A stretch of 64,000 bases of DNA from the NCBI GenBank assembly GCA_963663805.2, contig CAXXMR010000002.1:64001-128000 (forward strand), in the 5' to 3' direction. This DNA is from Sedimentisphaerales bacterium (GTDB taxonomy: Bacteria; Planctomycetota; Phycisphaerae; Sedimentisphaerales; SM23-30). Under the pieces are notes generated by a model. It had not been told where the DNA came from. It was given only the letters and a program-made list of their open reading frames with translations, and searched no databases. Below are positions 31,233-41,000 of this stretch, in pieces; the first letter of the stretch is position 1, and each line of letters begins with the position of its first letter. Position numbers and translations under genes: made by a program.

Positions 31233-31874
31233 ATGAAGATCAGGAATAGAATTTTAGTATTTGCGATAATGCCGATGCTGTTAATTACGGCAGGGTGCGG
31301 GCCGCTTCTAGGTGGTTTTGTCAATAATGTTATCAAGCCGCTAAGGCCAGCACCGGTTATCGAAGCGGAACATGAGTTTGGCGAGCACAAGGTGTTAATC
31401 TGGACGGATTTGATGCAGGATACGGCTCAGAGCGGTTTGTTTGTGAGAGAGCTGGTAGGAAAAATAAGTGAGATTCTGACTGAGAACAAGGCCGCGGGCG
31501 AGATTGTGAGTGTTGATGAGATACGCTCGTTTAAGCTGACCACGCCGCAATATGCCCGGATGACCATTGAGCAGTTGGGCAAGAAGTTTGAAGCGGATGA
31601 GGTATTGTATATTCTCATAGATGATTACCGGCTGGACCATGAAAACCAGGAGGGATGGTATCAGCCCAAGGTTAGTGTTCACACCAAGGTGCTGGGTGTG
31701 GAAAGCGGTCAGAGAGTTTGGCCTATCGCCGCGGCACAGCGTACTTTGAACCGGGATGAACCAGTGGTTGAAAGTGCCAGTCCCACCATCGCTAATCGTC
31801 TCAACCGGGAGATGGCTGATAGTGTGGCTGAGGAGATCGCGAAATTTTTCTATAAGCATCGTGGTGAGAAGTAG
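31233..31874 (+). CDS. Hypothetical lipoprotein, probable distant paralog of the preceding gene
   Basis: LITAGC lipobox; shared patterns AE(Y/H)E, QLG.K..A....Y, KFY.H. Confidence 0.75.
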   Translation: MKIRNRILVFAIMPMLLITAGCGPLLGGFVNNVIKPLRPAPVIEAEHEFGEHKVLIWTDLMQDTAQSGLFVRELVGKISEILTENKAAGEIVSVDEIRSFKLTTPQYARMTIEQLGKKFEADEVLYILIDDYRLDHENQEGWYQPKVSVHTKVLGVESGQRVWPIAAAQRTLNRDEPVVESASPTIANRLNREMADSVAEEIAKFFYKHRGEK

Positions 31875-31880
31875 GGCCGG

Positions 31881-32807
31881 ATGTTTATGAGTGAGCAGAC
31901 ATTTGACAAGCTGATAGTACATGACTGGGGGCTGGACGAGCTTTGGCTGAAGTGTTCAGACTGGCAGTTGGATAATGCTCATATTTTTAATCTTGCTGAT
32001 GGTCATTGTCGGCAGGATTATCCGCATATCAATAATCCCTGGGCGTGGGGTCGCTGGTTTGAGCGGCAGGGGATTGATGAATTGGTTTGTTTTCAGCCGC
32101 GAATGAAGTGCTGGGCCTTGCTTTGGGCGGCAAAGCGGCGGGGGGTGAAAGTGCGGATTCAGATTGTTGAGCCGCTGGATTGGATTACGGGGCTGGTACT
32201 TAAGTATTTTGCGGGCGAGCGAGCGGAATTTTATTGCTCTGATGAGATTTTAGCGGGATGTCTGGAGGGTAGAGGAGTGAGCAGTCAGCATATTACGGTT
32301 CGTCGGCCAGGTATTTCGGTGCGAGCTGAAACTGTGCCGAATCTGCGGGCGGAACTTAATGTTTCTGATGAATGTCCCCTTTTATTGCTGTTGAACAGTC
32401 CGGGTAATATTCGCCAGGCGGCGACGGCGACTTGGGCGACGGCGATGCTTTATCATCTGCCGGTTCAGGCTCGGCTGATTATTGCGGGGAAATGTTCGGA
32501 TGCTGTTCGCGGACAGATCAAGCGCTATGAGCAGATGTATCAGGCTAAGGATTTGTTTGTTGTCGATGATGGTCGGCGCAGTTGGGCGGAATTGGTCGCT
32601 GGTTGTGATGCTGTTTTGGCGGACGGGGTGGAATATGACACCATCAGGCTGATTGCCGCGGCATCAACAGATACGCCGCTGGCGATTGCCTCTGATTCGA
32701 ACGAACAGATACGGTCGGAATATCCCCAAGCGGTCCTGACGGGTAAATCCCAGGCCCGTGATATGGCTTGTGCTTTACGGCGGATTATTGGCAAATCCGG
32801 TCCGTGA
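31881..32807 (+). CDS. Degenerate GT-B/GT4-like protein
   Basis: RPGI..LRAEL, RLIIAG, AGCDAVL, AAASTDTPL; the EX7E motif is not conserved. Confidence 0.5.
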   Translation: MFMSEQTFDKLIVHDWGLDELWLKCSDWQLDNAHIFNLADGHCRQDYPHINNPWAWGRWFERQGIDELVCFQPRMKCWALLWAAKRRGVKVRIQIVEPLDWITGLVLKYFAGERAEFYCSDEILAGCLEGRGVSSQHITVRRPGISVRAETVPNLRAELNVSDECPLLLLLNSPGNIRQAATATWATAMLYHLPVQARLIIAGKCSDAVRGQIKRYEQMYQAKDLFVVDDGRRSWAELVAGCDAVLADGVEYDTIRLIAAASTDTPLAIASDSNEQIRSEYPQAVLTGKSQARDMACALRRIIGKSGP

Positions 32808-33699
32808 CGATTTTTTCGAAGTCTTCCAGATTTTTCCATTCCAGCGCGATATTTACATCATTGCCGTTTTCGGGGTCGATTATTGTCCGACCGTCCTCGG
32901 TTACGCTGATTTTCAGAGTTTCTATTTTCAGCAGTTCTTCGGAATAGGCCAGGTAAACCGCTACGGTATCAAAAATGATACTTGTTTCGATGTCGGGATT
33001 GAAGCGGGCGTGGTCGGTGCCTTTTACCTCGCGCCATTGGCGATAGGCGGTTATCATTTCCCGGGGCAGGAGTTTGTCGCTGTTGAGGATTCTCTGGTAA
33101 TTTTCGCCTTTAAGTTGAATTTTGCCACAGGTATTTAGCGGGGTGATGGTTTTTTTCCATGGGGCTTTCATCGCCAGGTCCATGCCTTCGGGCCAGAGTT
33201 CGACATTGTATTCCGGGCGGGGGATTTGGCCGTCGGTGCTGATGCGGCCCTGCATACCGACGAACTCGGCTCTTTCAGCGATACGCGGCTCCGCTTTCAG
33301 AGCATTACCAATTGTAGGGCAGGGGGCGATGGCGATTAATTTGATGGTTTTATCGGATTCCACGATAGTATCGACCAGGGTCTGGGTGCCGTCCTGGTAG
33401 ACTTTGCCCTTGAAATCGGACCACTGGAAATCGCCGAGCCATTCCAGTTGATTCATCTTGCCGCCCTTGGTGAGGTTGGGTGAGCCGATGCCGATAGGAA
33501 TGTCTTCGCGGCCGGCGAGTTTTAGCAGTTTAGCAGTAAGCAGGCCGCGAGTTTCGACATCGCCGGTCGAGACGGTAATCAACCTGACATCCAGTTCGGG
33601 ACTGTTGAGCATCATTATTATCGCCCACATATCGTCTATGTCGGAACCAATGTCAGTATCGAGAATTACAGGTATTGCGTGGTTTTTGCTGGTGTTCAT
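32785..33699 (-). CDS. Nucleoside hydrolase family protein (no signal peptide)
   Basis: VILDTDIGSDIDD, GMQG, PEYNV, ITPLNTC, FDTVA. Confidence 0.88.
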   Translation of the reverse strand: MNTSKNHAIPVILDTDIGSDIDDMWAIIMMLNSPELDVRLITVSTGDVETRGLLTAKLLKLAGREDIPIGIGSPNLTKGGKMNQLEWLGDFQWSDFKGKVYQDGTQTLVDTIVESDKTIKLIAIAPCPTIGNALKAEPRIAERAEFVGMQGRISTDGQIPRPEYNVELWPEGMDLAMKAPWKKTITPLNTCGKIQLKGENYQRILNSDKLLPREMITAYRQWREVKGTDHARFNPDIETSIIFDTVAVYLAYSEELLKIETLKISVTEDGRTIIDPENGNDVNIALEWKNLEDFEKIVTDRICQ

Positions 33700-33732
33700 T
33701 TGCTTGTTTATCGGTCTTAATGAGTTAGTTGA

Positions 33733-34722
33733 TTATCGACAGATTCGCTCGGTGAGTAATTTTTCGAAGGCGTCAAGGTCTTTCCACTCCAGCGCGACAT
33801 TGACATCATTACCGTTTTTCGGGTCAATAATTGTCCGGCCGTCCTCGGTTACGCTGAGTTTCAGGGTTTCCATTTTCAGGAGCTTATCAGAATACGCCAG
33901 GTAAATCGCTACGGTGTCGTAAAGAGTACTTGTTGAATTATCCGGGTCGAAGCGTTTGTGTTTTTTGTCTCTGTCCTCACGCCATTGACGATAGGCGGCG
34001 ATCATTTCGCGGGGCAGGAGCTTTTTGCTATTGAGGATTTTTAGATAGTTTTCGGAATCCAACTGAACTTTGTCGCAGGTATTAAGCGGAGTGATGGTTT
34101 TCTTCCAGTCGGCTTTGAGGGCCCGGTCCAAACCTTCGGGCCAGAGTCTGACATTGTATTCCGGGTAGGGTAATTCATCGCTGGTGCTGATGTGTCCCTG
34201 CATACCGACGAACTCAGCTTTTTCGGCGATACGCGGTTCCATCTTCAGGGCATCACCGATGGTGGGGCAGGGGCCGACGGCGATGAGTTTGATAGTTTTT
34301 GGTGAGTTCATGATGGTATCGACCAGGGCGTCAGTGCCATCACGATAGACCTTGCCTCTGAAGTCGGACCATTGGAAATCGCCCAGCCATTCGGCCTGAC
34401 TTATTCGGCTACCTTCGGTGAGACTGGGCGAACCGATACCGATGGGGATGTCTTCACGCCCGGCTAGTTTTAGCAGTTTGGCGGTGAGCAGTCCGCGAGT
34501 TTCGACATCACCGGTAGAAACGGTAATCAGCTTAACATCCAGTTCGGGACTGTTGAGCATCATTATAATGGCCCACATATCATCTATGTCGGAGCCGATG
34601 TCGGTATCGAGAATTACGGGAATGGCTTTACAACTGCATACTCTTGTATTGTTAAATTCCATGCAGCCCAGCGAGCAAAAAACCATTAACAGACAAAACA
34701 ACCAGGCGATTTTATTTGCCAT
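33733..34722 (-). CDS. Nucleoside hydrolase family protein with N-terminal signal/lipobox
   Basis: Same motifs as the downstream paralog; N-terminal MANKIAWLFCLLMVFCSLGC. Confidence 0.88.
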   Translation of the reverse strand: MANKIAWLFCLLMVFCSLGCMEFNNTRVCSCKAIPVILDTDIGSDIDDMWAIIMMLNSPELDVKLITVSTGDVETRGLLTAKLLKLAGREDIPIGIGSPSLTEGSRISQAEWLGDFQWSDFRGKVYRDGTDALVDTIMNSPKTIKLIAVGPCPTIGDALKMEPRIAEKAEFVGMQGHISTSDELPYPEYNVRLWPEGLDRALKADWKKTITPLNTCDKVQLDSENYLKILNSKKLLPREMIAAYRQWREDRDKKHKRFDPDNSTSTLYDTVAIYLAYSDKLLKMETLKLSVTEDGRTIIDPKNGNDVNVALEWKDLDAFEKLLTERICR

Positions 34723-34763
34723 GTCCTTACCTTCCTTTTTGCCGTGACCGTGGGGATTGTATA

Positions 34764-35966
34764 TTATCTTCGGCTTTGTGGTCTTCTGCCTGAGCGACGG
34801 CCTTTGCCGTGGCCGGGCCCTTTTCCGCTGCCGGACGACTTTTTGATATTGTCAAGGTCTGGTTCCTTGTCCAGCCATTTTGGTTCAATGTGATTCACTT
34901 TCAGCATATCACGCAAGGTTCGCTTTTCCCGCTCAGTTATGTAGGTTAACGCTTTGCCCGTGCGCCCCATGCGTCCGGTGCGTCCGGTGCGGTGAGTGTA
35001 AATTTCGTGGTAGCGCGGGAAGTCGTAATTAATCACGTGGGTGACATGGCTGAAGTCCAGCCCGCGACTGGCGATGTCGGTGGCGACCATGAATTTAATT
35101 TCCTTGCGCTTGAAGCGATTGTAAATCGAGGTTCGTCGGGCCTGGTCGATACCGCCGTGGATAAATTCCACCGAATCGAATTTCTTTTTTAGTTTGCCCA
35201 GCAGTTTCTCACCGCCGGTACGCGAATTGCAAAATATAATCGCCTGCACCACATCATTATTATCGAGATATGCTTCCATCCGTTCCAAACGCTGGTTGTG
35301 CGAAACGTAATCGAAATAATGCTCCAGCGAGGACGGGGCGATCTGGTCCTTGTTCAGTTCGACCAGGACGGGGTCTTTCAGATACTGGTTGACCAGATGA
35401 GTAATCGCCGGCGGCATAGTGGCCGAGAAAAACAAGGTCTGGTGTTCCTGGATTAGACATGACATAATGAAATTCACGTCGTCAATAAAACCCATCTTGA
35501 GCATTTCGTCGGCTTCGTCGAGCACGACGGTTTTTACCCCGCTCAAACTCAGCTCGGAATTATACAACAGGTCAATCAGTCGGCCCGGGGTCGCGACCAG
35601 TACATGTACGCCGTGATTAAGTTTGGCCTTCTGGATGTCGATAGGCATTCCGCCGAAAACCGCGAACGGCATAATTTTGCAATGCTTGGCGATACGGGCG
35701 ATTTCGTCCACATACTGCAAGGCCAGTTCCCGCGTGGGCACACAGATAAGGGCCTGAATCCGGTCGTTTTCCGGGTCGATGTTCTGAATCAGGGGGATGC
35801 CACAGGCACTGGTTTTGCCGGAGCCGGTTTCGGCCCGGGCGAGAACATCTTTGCCGGCCAGTACATGGGGGAACGTTAGTTCCTGCACCGGCGTCAAATC
35901 AGTATATTTCATTTCAGCCAGGGCTTTACGGACCTCCGGCTTAAGTTCTATTTCATCAAATTTCAT
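34764..35966 (-). CDS. DEAD-box RNA helicase
   Basis: TPVQ, GSGKT, PTRELA, TPGR, DEAD, SAT, SRGLD, HRTGRTGR; basic tail. Confidence 0.95.
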   Translation of the reverse strand: MKFDEIELKPEVRKALAEMKYTDLTPVQELTFPHVLAGKDVLARAETGSGKTSACGIPLIQNIDPENDRIQALICVPTRELALQYVDEIARIAKHCKIMPFAVFGGMPIDIQKAKLNHGVHVLVATPGRLIDLLYNSELSLSGVKTVVLDEADEMLKMGFIDDVNFIMSCLIQEHQTLFFSATMPPAITHLVNQYLKDPVLVELNKDQIAPSSLEHYFDYVSHNQRLERMEAYLDNNDVVQAIIFCNSRTGGEKLLGKLKKKFDSVEFIHGGIDQARRTSIYNRFKRKEIKFMVATDIASRGLDFSHVTHVINYDFPRYHEIYTHRTGRTGRMGRTGKALTYITEREKRTLRDMLKVNHIEPKWLDKEPDLDNIKKSSGSGKGPGHGKGRRSGRRPQSRR

Positions 35967-36199
35967 ATTTTTCCGTTATTTTTGCTTTATCAGGTCAGTG
36001 TCTGCTCGGCGCCTGATATTATTTATGGTATCCCGACCGACACTGAAAAACCACAATCACTTCTACTCCATAACCGAAATTACCCCTGGTGTCAATCAAT
36101 GTCTGGAGCTGGTTGGCTATTGACCGGCGTATAAAATCCTGTTAGTTTATAGGTTACAGGAACAGATATGTAAACTTCGCTTTTGCACAGGATATATCC

Positions 36200-37420
36200 A
36201 TGAAAAAAACACCCGGTCATTCCAGGGGACTGTCAACCCGCTCGATTCACGCCGGCGAAGAACGCCAGCGCTATGCCGACTCGATTACTACTCCGATAGT
36301 GCAGGCTTCGACATATGTCTTTAAGGATTCCAAGGAGATTGAGGCCTATACCAAGCACGGCAAACCGCGTTACGAGTATGGCAGGTATGGTAATCCCACC
36401 GAACAGGTAGCCCAAAGACGGCTGGCGGACCTGGAGGATGCCGAGGATTGTGTGGTTTTTGGTTCGGGCATGAACGCGGTTTGTACCACTATTTTGGCCC
36501 TGGTGAGTTCAGGCGACCATATTATCATCACCGACGACGCTTACAAAAAGACCCTGGAATTTTGCAGTAAATATCTCCAGCGGTTTGGGGTAGATTGCAC
36601 GGTCGTGCCTTTTGGCGATTATGAGGGGCTGGACCGGGCGGTCAAAAAGAGTACCCGCTTTATTATTTCTGAGTCGCCGACCAACCCTTATTTGAATATC
36701 TTCGACCTGGAACGGCTGGTCGGGATTGCCCGTAAGCATAATGTCCTGACGCTCATTGATGGCACTTTTGCTACTCCATATAATCAGATGCCGCTGGATT
36801 TTGGGGTGGATTTGGTTATCCACAGTTGTACCAAGTACTTAGCGGGGCATAATGATATTCTCGCCGGGGCTGTTCTAGGCCGTAACGAGCTTATCAGCAA
36901 GATTCGCGACCTGCACAAAGCCATGGGCGGCGTGATTGACCCGCATTGCTGCTACCTGCTGCTGCGTGGGCTGAAGACCTTCCCTTTGCGGATGGAGGCC
37001 CAAAACCGCAACACCCTGGCGGTGGCGGAATTCCTCGAAAGCCATCCCGCGGTCAAGAAAGTATATTATCCTGGGCTGCCCAGCCATCCGCATTATGAAA
37101 TTGCCCGTCGGCAGATGACCGGCTTTGGCGGGGTGGTGACCTTTGACATAAAGGGCGGACTGAAAGAAGCCAACCTGTTTCTTGATGCCCTGAAGCTCTG
37201 CTTTATCGCTCCGAGTCTGGGCGGGGTAGAAACGCTTATAACTCACCCAGCTTCAGTGAGTTACTACACGCTTACCCGCAAAGATCGCTATGAACTGGGT
37301 ATTACCGATACCCTGATTCGCCTGGCGGTGGGAATTGAGGATGTGCAGGACATAATTGGCGATTTGGACCAGGCCTTGAAAAAAGTGGCGGGTTCTAAGG
37401 CTAAAAGCCGTAAAAAATGA
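36200..37420 (+). CDS. metB: Cystathionine gamma-synthase / Cys-Met metabolism PLP enzyme
   Basis: YGRYGNPT, ESPTNP, HSCTKYLAGHND, SLGGVETL, IRLAVGIE; exact specificity uncertain. Confidence 0.8.
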   Translation: MKKTPGHSRGLSTRSIHAGEERQRYADSITTPIVQASTYVFKDSKEIEAYTKHGKPRYEYGRYGNPTEQVAQRRLADLEDAEDCVVFGSGMNAVCTTILALVSSGDHIIITDDAYKKTLEFCSKYLQRFGVDCTVVPFGDYEGLDRAVKKSTRFIISESPTNPYLNIFDLERLVGIARKHNVLTLIDGTFATPYNQMPLDFGVDLVIHSCTKYLAGHNDILAGAVLGRNELISKIRDLHKAMGGVIDPHCCYLLLRGLKTFPLRMEAQNRNTLAVAEFLESHPAVKKVYYPGLPSHPHYEIARRQMTGFGGVVTFDIKGGLKEANLFLDALKLCFIAPSLGGVETLITHPASVSYYTLTRKDRYELGITDTLIRLAVGIEDVQDIIGDLDQALKKVAGSKAKSRKK

Positions 37421-37515
37421 TAAAAACCGGGTAACTTTTCCGGTTTTGGCGGGTCTAAACCTAATGTAAGACCCAGAAAAGCTGATAATCTATATGTGAT
37501 GTTAAGGAGATAGTT

Positions 37516-38337
37516 ATGAAGTCAAAAATGATGGTAATGATGATTTTAGTTCTGGCGGCATTGGTAGTAACGTCCGGTTGTGAGACCGGCGACCGTGCCT
37601 ATGAAGGTATGGTCCGGGCTACTGACCCGGATAAGACTACTTTGCAGACTACAGTTACCTGGATGAACCCCCAGCCGCGGATTCGGCCGGTCAGTGGTAA
37701 TCAGATGGTGGTTTATGTGCGCGTCAAGAATAGTGCCGGTGCGGATATGGACCTGGTCGGCTCAGTGATGCAGCAGATTCAGGGTATGGGTTATCGCATA
37801 ACGACCAATATTGATGAAGCCCAGTTCACTATTAACGCCGACCTGCGTCATTTCGGCGAGGGTTCCGAAAAGAGCTATACCCCCGTTGTCGCTGGTGCTG
37901 CGGTTGGTGCCGGTGCCGGTGCAGTTGTCGGGAATAATATGGGCAGCGGCCATACCGCCGAAGGTGCTGTCGCTGGCGCGGTCATCGGCGGACTTATCGG
38001 TAATGTCGCGGCCAACCGTAACAAGATGCGCGAAATCAATCTGATTGTGGATGTGACTATCGGTGAAAGAATTGAAGGCGGTGTACAGAGCGCACGTCGC
38101 AGCGGCACCGATGATTCCACTACCCATTCTGCCGGTGTAGTCACTCAGGGTGTTCGCGAAACCGGACGCAGTACGAGTACTTCTTCGGAGACGCAGTCAG
38201 TCAATGTTAAGGAAGAGTTTCTTTATCATCAAAATCGTGTGACCGCTTCGGCGCGCAGAATGAACCTGACTTTGCTTGAGTCTCAGCCAGTTCTGACCCA
38301 GAAGCTGTCACTGGCGATTGCCAACGCTCTGCCGTAA
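37516..38337 (+). CDS. TraT-like (complement resistance family) lipoprotein with glycine zipper
   Basis: VTSGC lipobox, VYVRVKNS, GYRITTNIDEAQF..NA, glycine zipper, VDVTIGER, RVTASARRMNL...LSLAIANAL. Confidence 0.7.
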   Translation: MKSKMMVMMILVLAALVVTSGCETGDRAYEGMVRATDPDKTTLQTTVTWMNPQPRIRPVSGNQMVVYVRVKNSAGADMDLVGSVMQQIQGMGYRITTNIDEAQFTINADLRHFGEGSEKSYTPVVAGAAVGAGAGAVVGNNMGSGHTAEGAVAGAVIGGLIGNVAANRNKMREINLIVDVTIGERIEGGVQSARRSGTDDSTTHSAGVVTQGVRETGRSTSTSSETQSVNVKEEFLYHQNRVTASARRMNLTLLESQPVLTQKLSLAIANALP

Positions 38338-38411
38338 CTCGTGTTGTAGTGTCTGGCACGTTTTTGTGTAAGGATGATTGTCCGGCGATTGATACCCTGA
38401 AAGGCTGATTC

Positions 38412-39854
38412 ATGATTAGGCATCTGCTGAGTATTTTGATTGTGCTGCTGTTTGTTGTCCCTGTTTATACTTTGGCAGAGCCCGGTACCGGCAAACGTCT
38501 CAAGCCGCGCTGGAAACTGGGTAATACGGTAAAGCCGACTCAGCCTCAGCAGCCAGGCCAAAAAACGCCGGAGCCAATCCCCGTGCAGCCGCGGCAGGAA
38601 ACTCAGACTCCCGCACTCGTTGCCGATGAACCTGCCCAGGAGCCTATGGTCGAAAGTGACTCTGAGCAGGCTCCCGTGCCGCAGCCCCCGTTAAAGAATT
38701 TCGAGGTGCAGGGACTGGCCGATGATTTTTTCAGCTGGCAAACAGTTACTCTGGGTGATAAATCCTGTCGGGTTTCGCCGGTTATCAGCTTCGCCCGCGA
38801 TTACGAGATAAACCACCATACCGTTACTATTACTTTTACCGGTAGCGGAACGGTTGAGCTTTCCGTAGGGCATTATTCAGCCGAAAACCTCCAGACGGTC
38901 TGTGAAAAGAAGCATCTGCACAGCCGTTTCCAGAAAGTTATATCGGGCGAACCTGTCAAAGTTTCTTCCGGTTATAAGAACGAACATTTCGCCTGGCTTT
39001 TTATCGCGACCGAAGGTGCTGTGAATATTCAGGCGATAGATTATTCCGGTATCTGCGGTATCGATACTCTGTATGGCCATGCCCCCGGCGTTTTCAAATT
39101 TGCCGGCGGTCGGCTGCCTTACCGTTTGATGTACCCGCGAAATTACGACCCGCAGAAGAGTTATCCCCTGGTGTTGAGCGTTTCCGGTTCCGGCGGTGTC
39201 GGTTCGGATAATGTCAAGAATATGGAAATGGTGATTTACGCCAAGAGTGCCTACACCCAATATTATGAGGATGAGCAGTTGGAATGCTTCAGCCTCGTGC
39301 CCCAGATTCCGCCGAACGAAGCCATCCCGTCGCCGTATTGGCCTAAAGGCACGCTCGGTAAACCCACGCCGGAACATCCCGATTGGGCCGCGGTTAACGA
39401 ACAGGGCTGGTACGCGCAGGCCTCGGTCGCTCTGATTAAATATCTGGTGGAATCCCCCGAACTGAACATCGACCCCCAGAGAATTTATTACACCGGTTTT
39501 TCGTATGGCGGCAAAGCCTGCTGGGAATTTCTAAAAGCCGCCCCCGATCTATTCGCCGCAGCCATCTGCGGCGGCGGCTGGCCTATCGGTCCGGCCTATT
39601 CCAATCCAACGGGGCTAATGCGTGAAAAACTCAAAGAAGAAGTAAAACGCTATCAGCATATTCCGGTGCGAATCTTCGCTGGCGAAAAAGACCCCATGCG
39701 CCAGGGCAGCCAGGCCGTAGCCGAAGAACTCCAAGCCCTAAACGCCGACGCCATATACAAAGAATTTCCCGACGCCAGCCACGTAGCCACCGCCGGGAAA
39801 ATTTGGTCAGATAAAAATAATTTAGTTTGGTTGTTTGGGAAAAAGCTACAATGA
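38412..39854 (+). CDS. Secreted alpha/beta-hydrolase (predicted peptidase/esterase)
   Basis: LPYRLMYP..YD..KSYPLVL, IDPQRIYYTGFSYGG nucleophile elbow, GEKD, ASH. Confidence 0.8.
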   Translation: MIRHLLSILIVLLFVVPVYTLAEPGTGKRLKPRWKLGNTVKPTQPQQPGQKTPEPIPVQPRQETQTPALVADEPAQEPMVESDSEQAPVPQPPLKNFEVQGLADDFFSWQTVTLGDKSCRVSPVISFARDYEINHHTVTITFTGSGTVELSVGHYSAENLQTVCEKKHLHSRFQKVISGEPVKVSSGYKNEHFAWLFIATEGAVNIQAIDYSGICGIDTLYGHAPGVFKFAGGRLPYRLMYPRNYDPQKSYPLVLSVSGSGGVGSDNVKNMEMVIYAKSAYTQYYEDEQLECFSLVPQIPPNEAIPSPYWPKGTLGKPTPEHPDWAAVNEQGWYAQASVALIKYLVESPELNIDPQRIYYTGFSYGGKACWEFLKAAPDLFAAAICGGGWPIGPAYSNPTGLMREKLKEEVKRYQHIPVRIFAGEKDPMRQGSQAVAEELQALNADAIYKEFPDASHVATAGKIWSDKNNLVWLFGKKLQ

Positions 39855-41000
39855 TTAGGGCTTAAACTTTTTTATAAACTCCACAGTTCTTTTGGCGGTT
39901 GATTCGCCGGCACGGGGATGCAAGGGCAGGTTCACTACTTCAAGCGAAGCTTTTTCAGCTTCCGGGCACATGCCGTTTTCATAATTATAAAGATGCATCG
40001 GTGTTTCAATCGGATGCAGCGGACACTCGAACCAACTGCCAATCTCTACGCCCGCTTCCGGTGCCGCCGCCAGGGCTGCTTGTTTATCGGAAACTCGCAA
40101 AGGATAACGTACCAGTACCGGATCCATGTAATCTGGTAACCGCGGAATTGCAAAGCCCGCATCACTTAGCAGGTCATCATAGATTTTCCTCATTTTCCTT
40201 CGATGTGCGATATTCTTATCCAGCTTTTTAAGTTGTGCTAACCCTGCTTTAGCTTGGCTGTCACTCATGCCCATAAAAAAGTCATCAGCCTTTTCCGGAC
40301 AGAATTCCGAACAGCTTGACGACCCGACCACAAGCCCTTTTTTGGTCATCCAGCGAAACAGATTGGTTATAAATGCCGTGGTTCGCGGATAGATAACTGT
40401 TCGGTAAACACACCTCTGAGCCCAAAGCATAAATGAAGCTTTGGCAGAGGGCGTTATTAGTTCTTCGTCTCTCAGTTTCTGCATAGATTCTGCTATTCGC
40501 TCATCATGCACAACCACCATCCCGCCTAACCCGGTAGTAAACGGCTTGTTCCACTGAAACGAAAAATACGCCGCCTTGCCCAGAGTGCCGCATAGCCTGT
40601 CTTTATAGGTCGTCCCCAAAGCCAGGCAGCAGTCCTCCACTATCGGCACATTATGCCTGTTGGCGATGCCCCGGATGGCATCAATATCACAGGCATAACC
40701 ATAAGTATGCTGAACCAGAATCACCTTAGTCCGCGCCGTAATCTTCTCCTCCAGGAGCTCTGGCCGCATATTATAAGTGACCGGCTCAATATCCACATAA
40801 ACCGGTATCGCACCTAGATATTTGATCGGGTTTACGTCCATCACACAAGTATACCCCGGCAAAACCACCTCATCGCCCGGCCCACCCCCCATCGCTCGCA
40901 ATAAAGCATAAAGACCTACGCGGGCTTTCCAGAAAGAAAAAGCTTTTTTGGCTTTGAAATAATTAGAAAACTGTTTTTCGAAATTATCCATATTAGTCAT
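39855..41000 (-). CDS. DegT/DnrJ/EryC1/StrS sugar aminotransferase
   Basis: GPGDEVVLP, VEDCC, FSFQWNKPFTTGLGG, VNLPLHP. Confidence 0.88.
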   Translation of the reverse strand: MTNMDNFEKQFSNYFKAKKAFSFWKARVGLYALLRAMGGGPGDEVVLPGYTCVMDVNPIKYLGAIPVYVDIEPVTYNMRPELLEEKITARTKVILVQHTYGYACDIDAIRGIANRHNVPIVEDCCLALGTTYKDRLCGTLGKAAYFSFQWNKPFTTGLGGMVVVHDERIAESMQKLRDEELITPSAKASFMLWAQRCVYRTVIYPRTTAFITNLFRWMTKKGLVVGSSSCSEFCPEKADDFFMGMSDSQAKAGLAQLKKLDKNIAHRRKMRKIYDDLLSDAGFAIPRLPDYMDPVLVRYPLRVSDKQAALAAAPEAGVEIGSWFECPLHPIETPMHLYNYENGMCPEAEKASLEVVNLPLHPRAGESTAKRTVEFIKKFKP

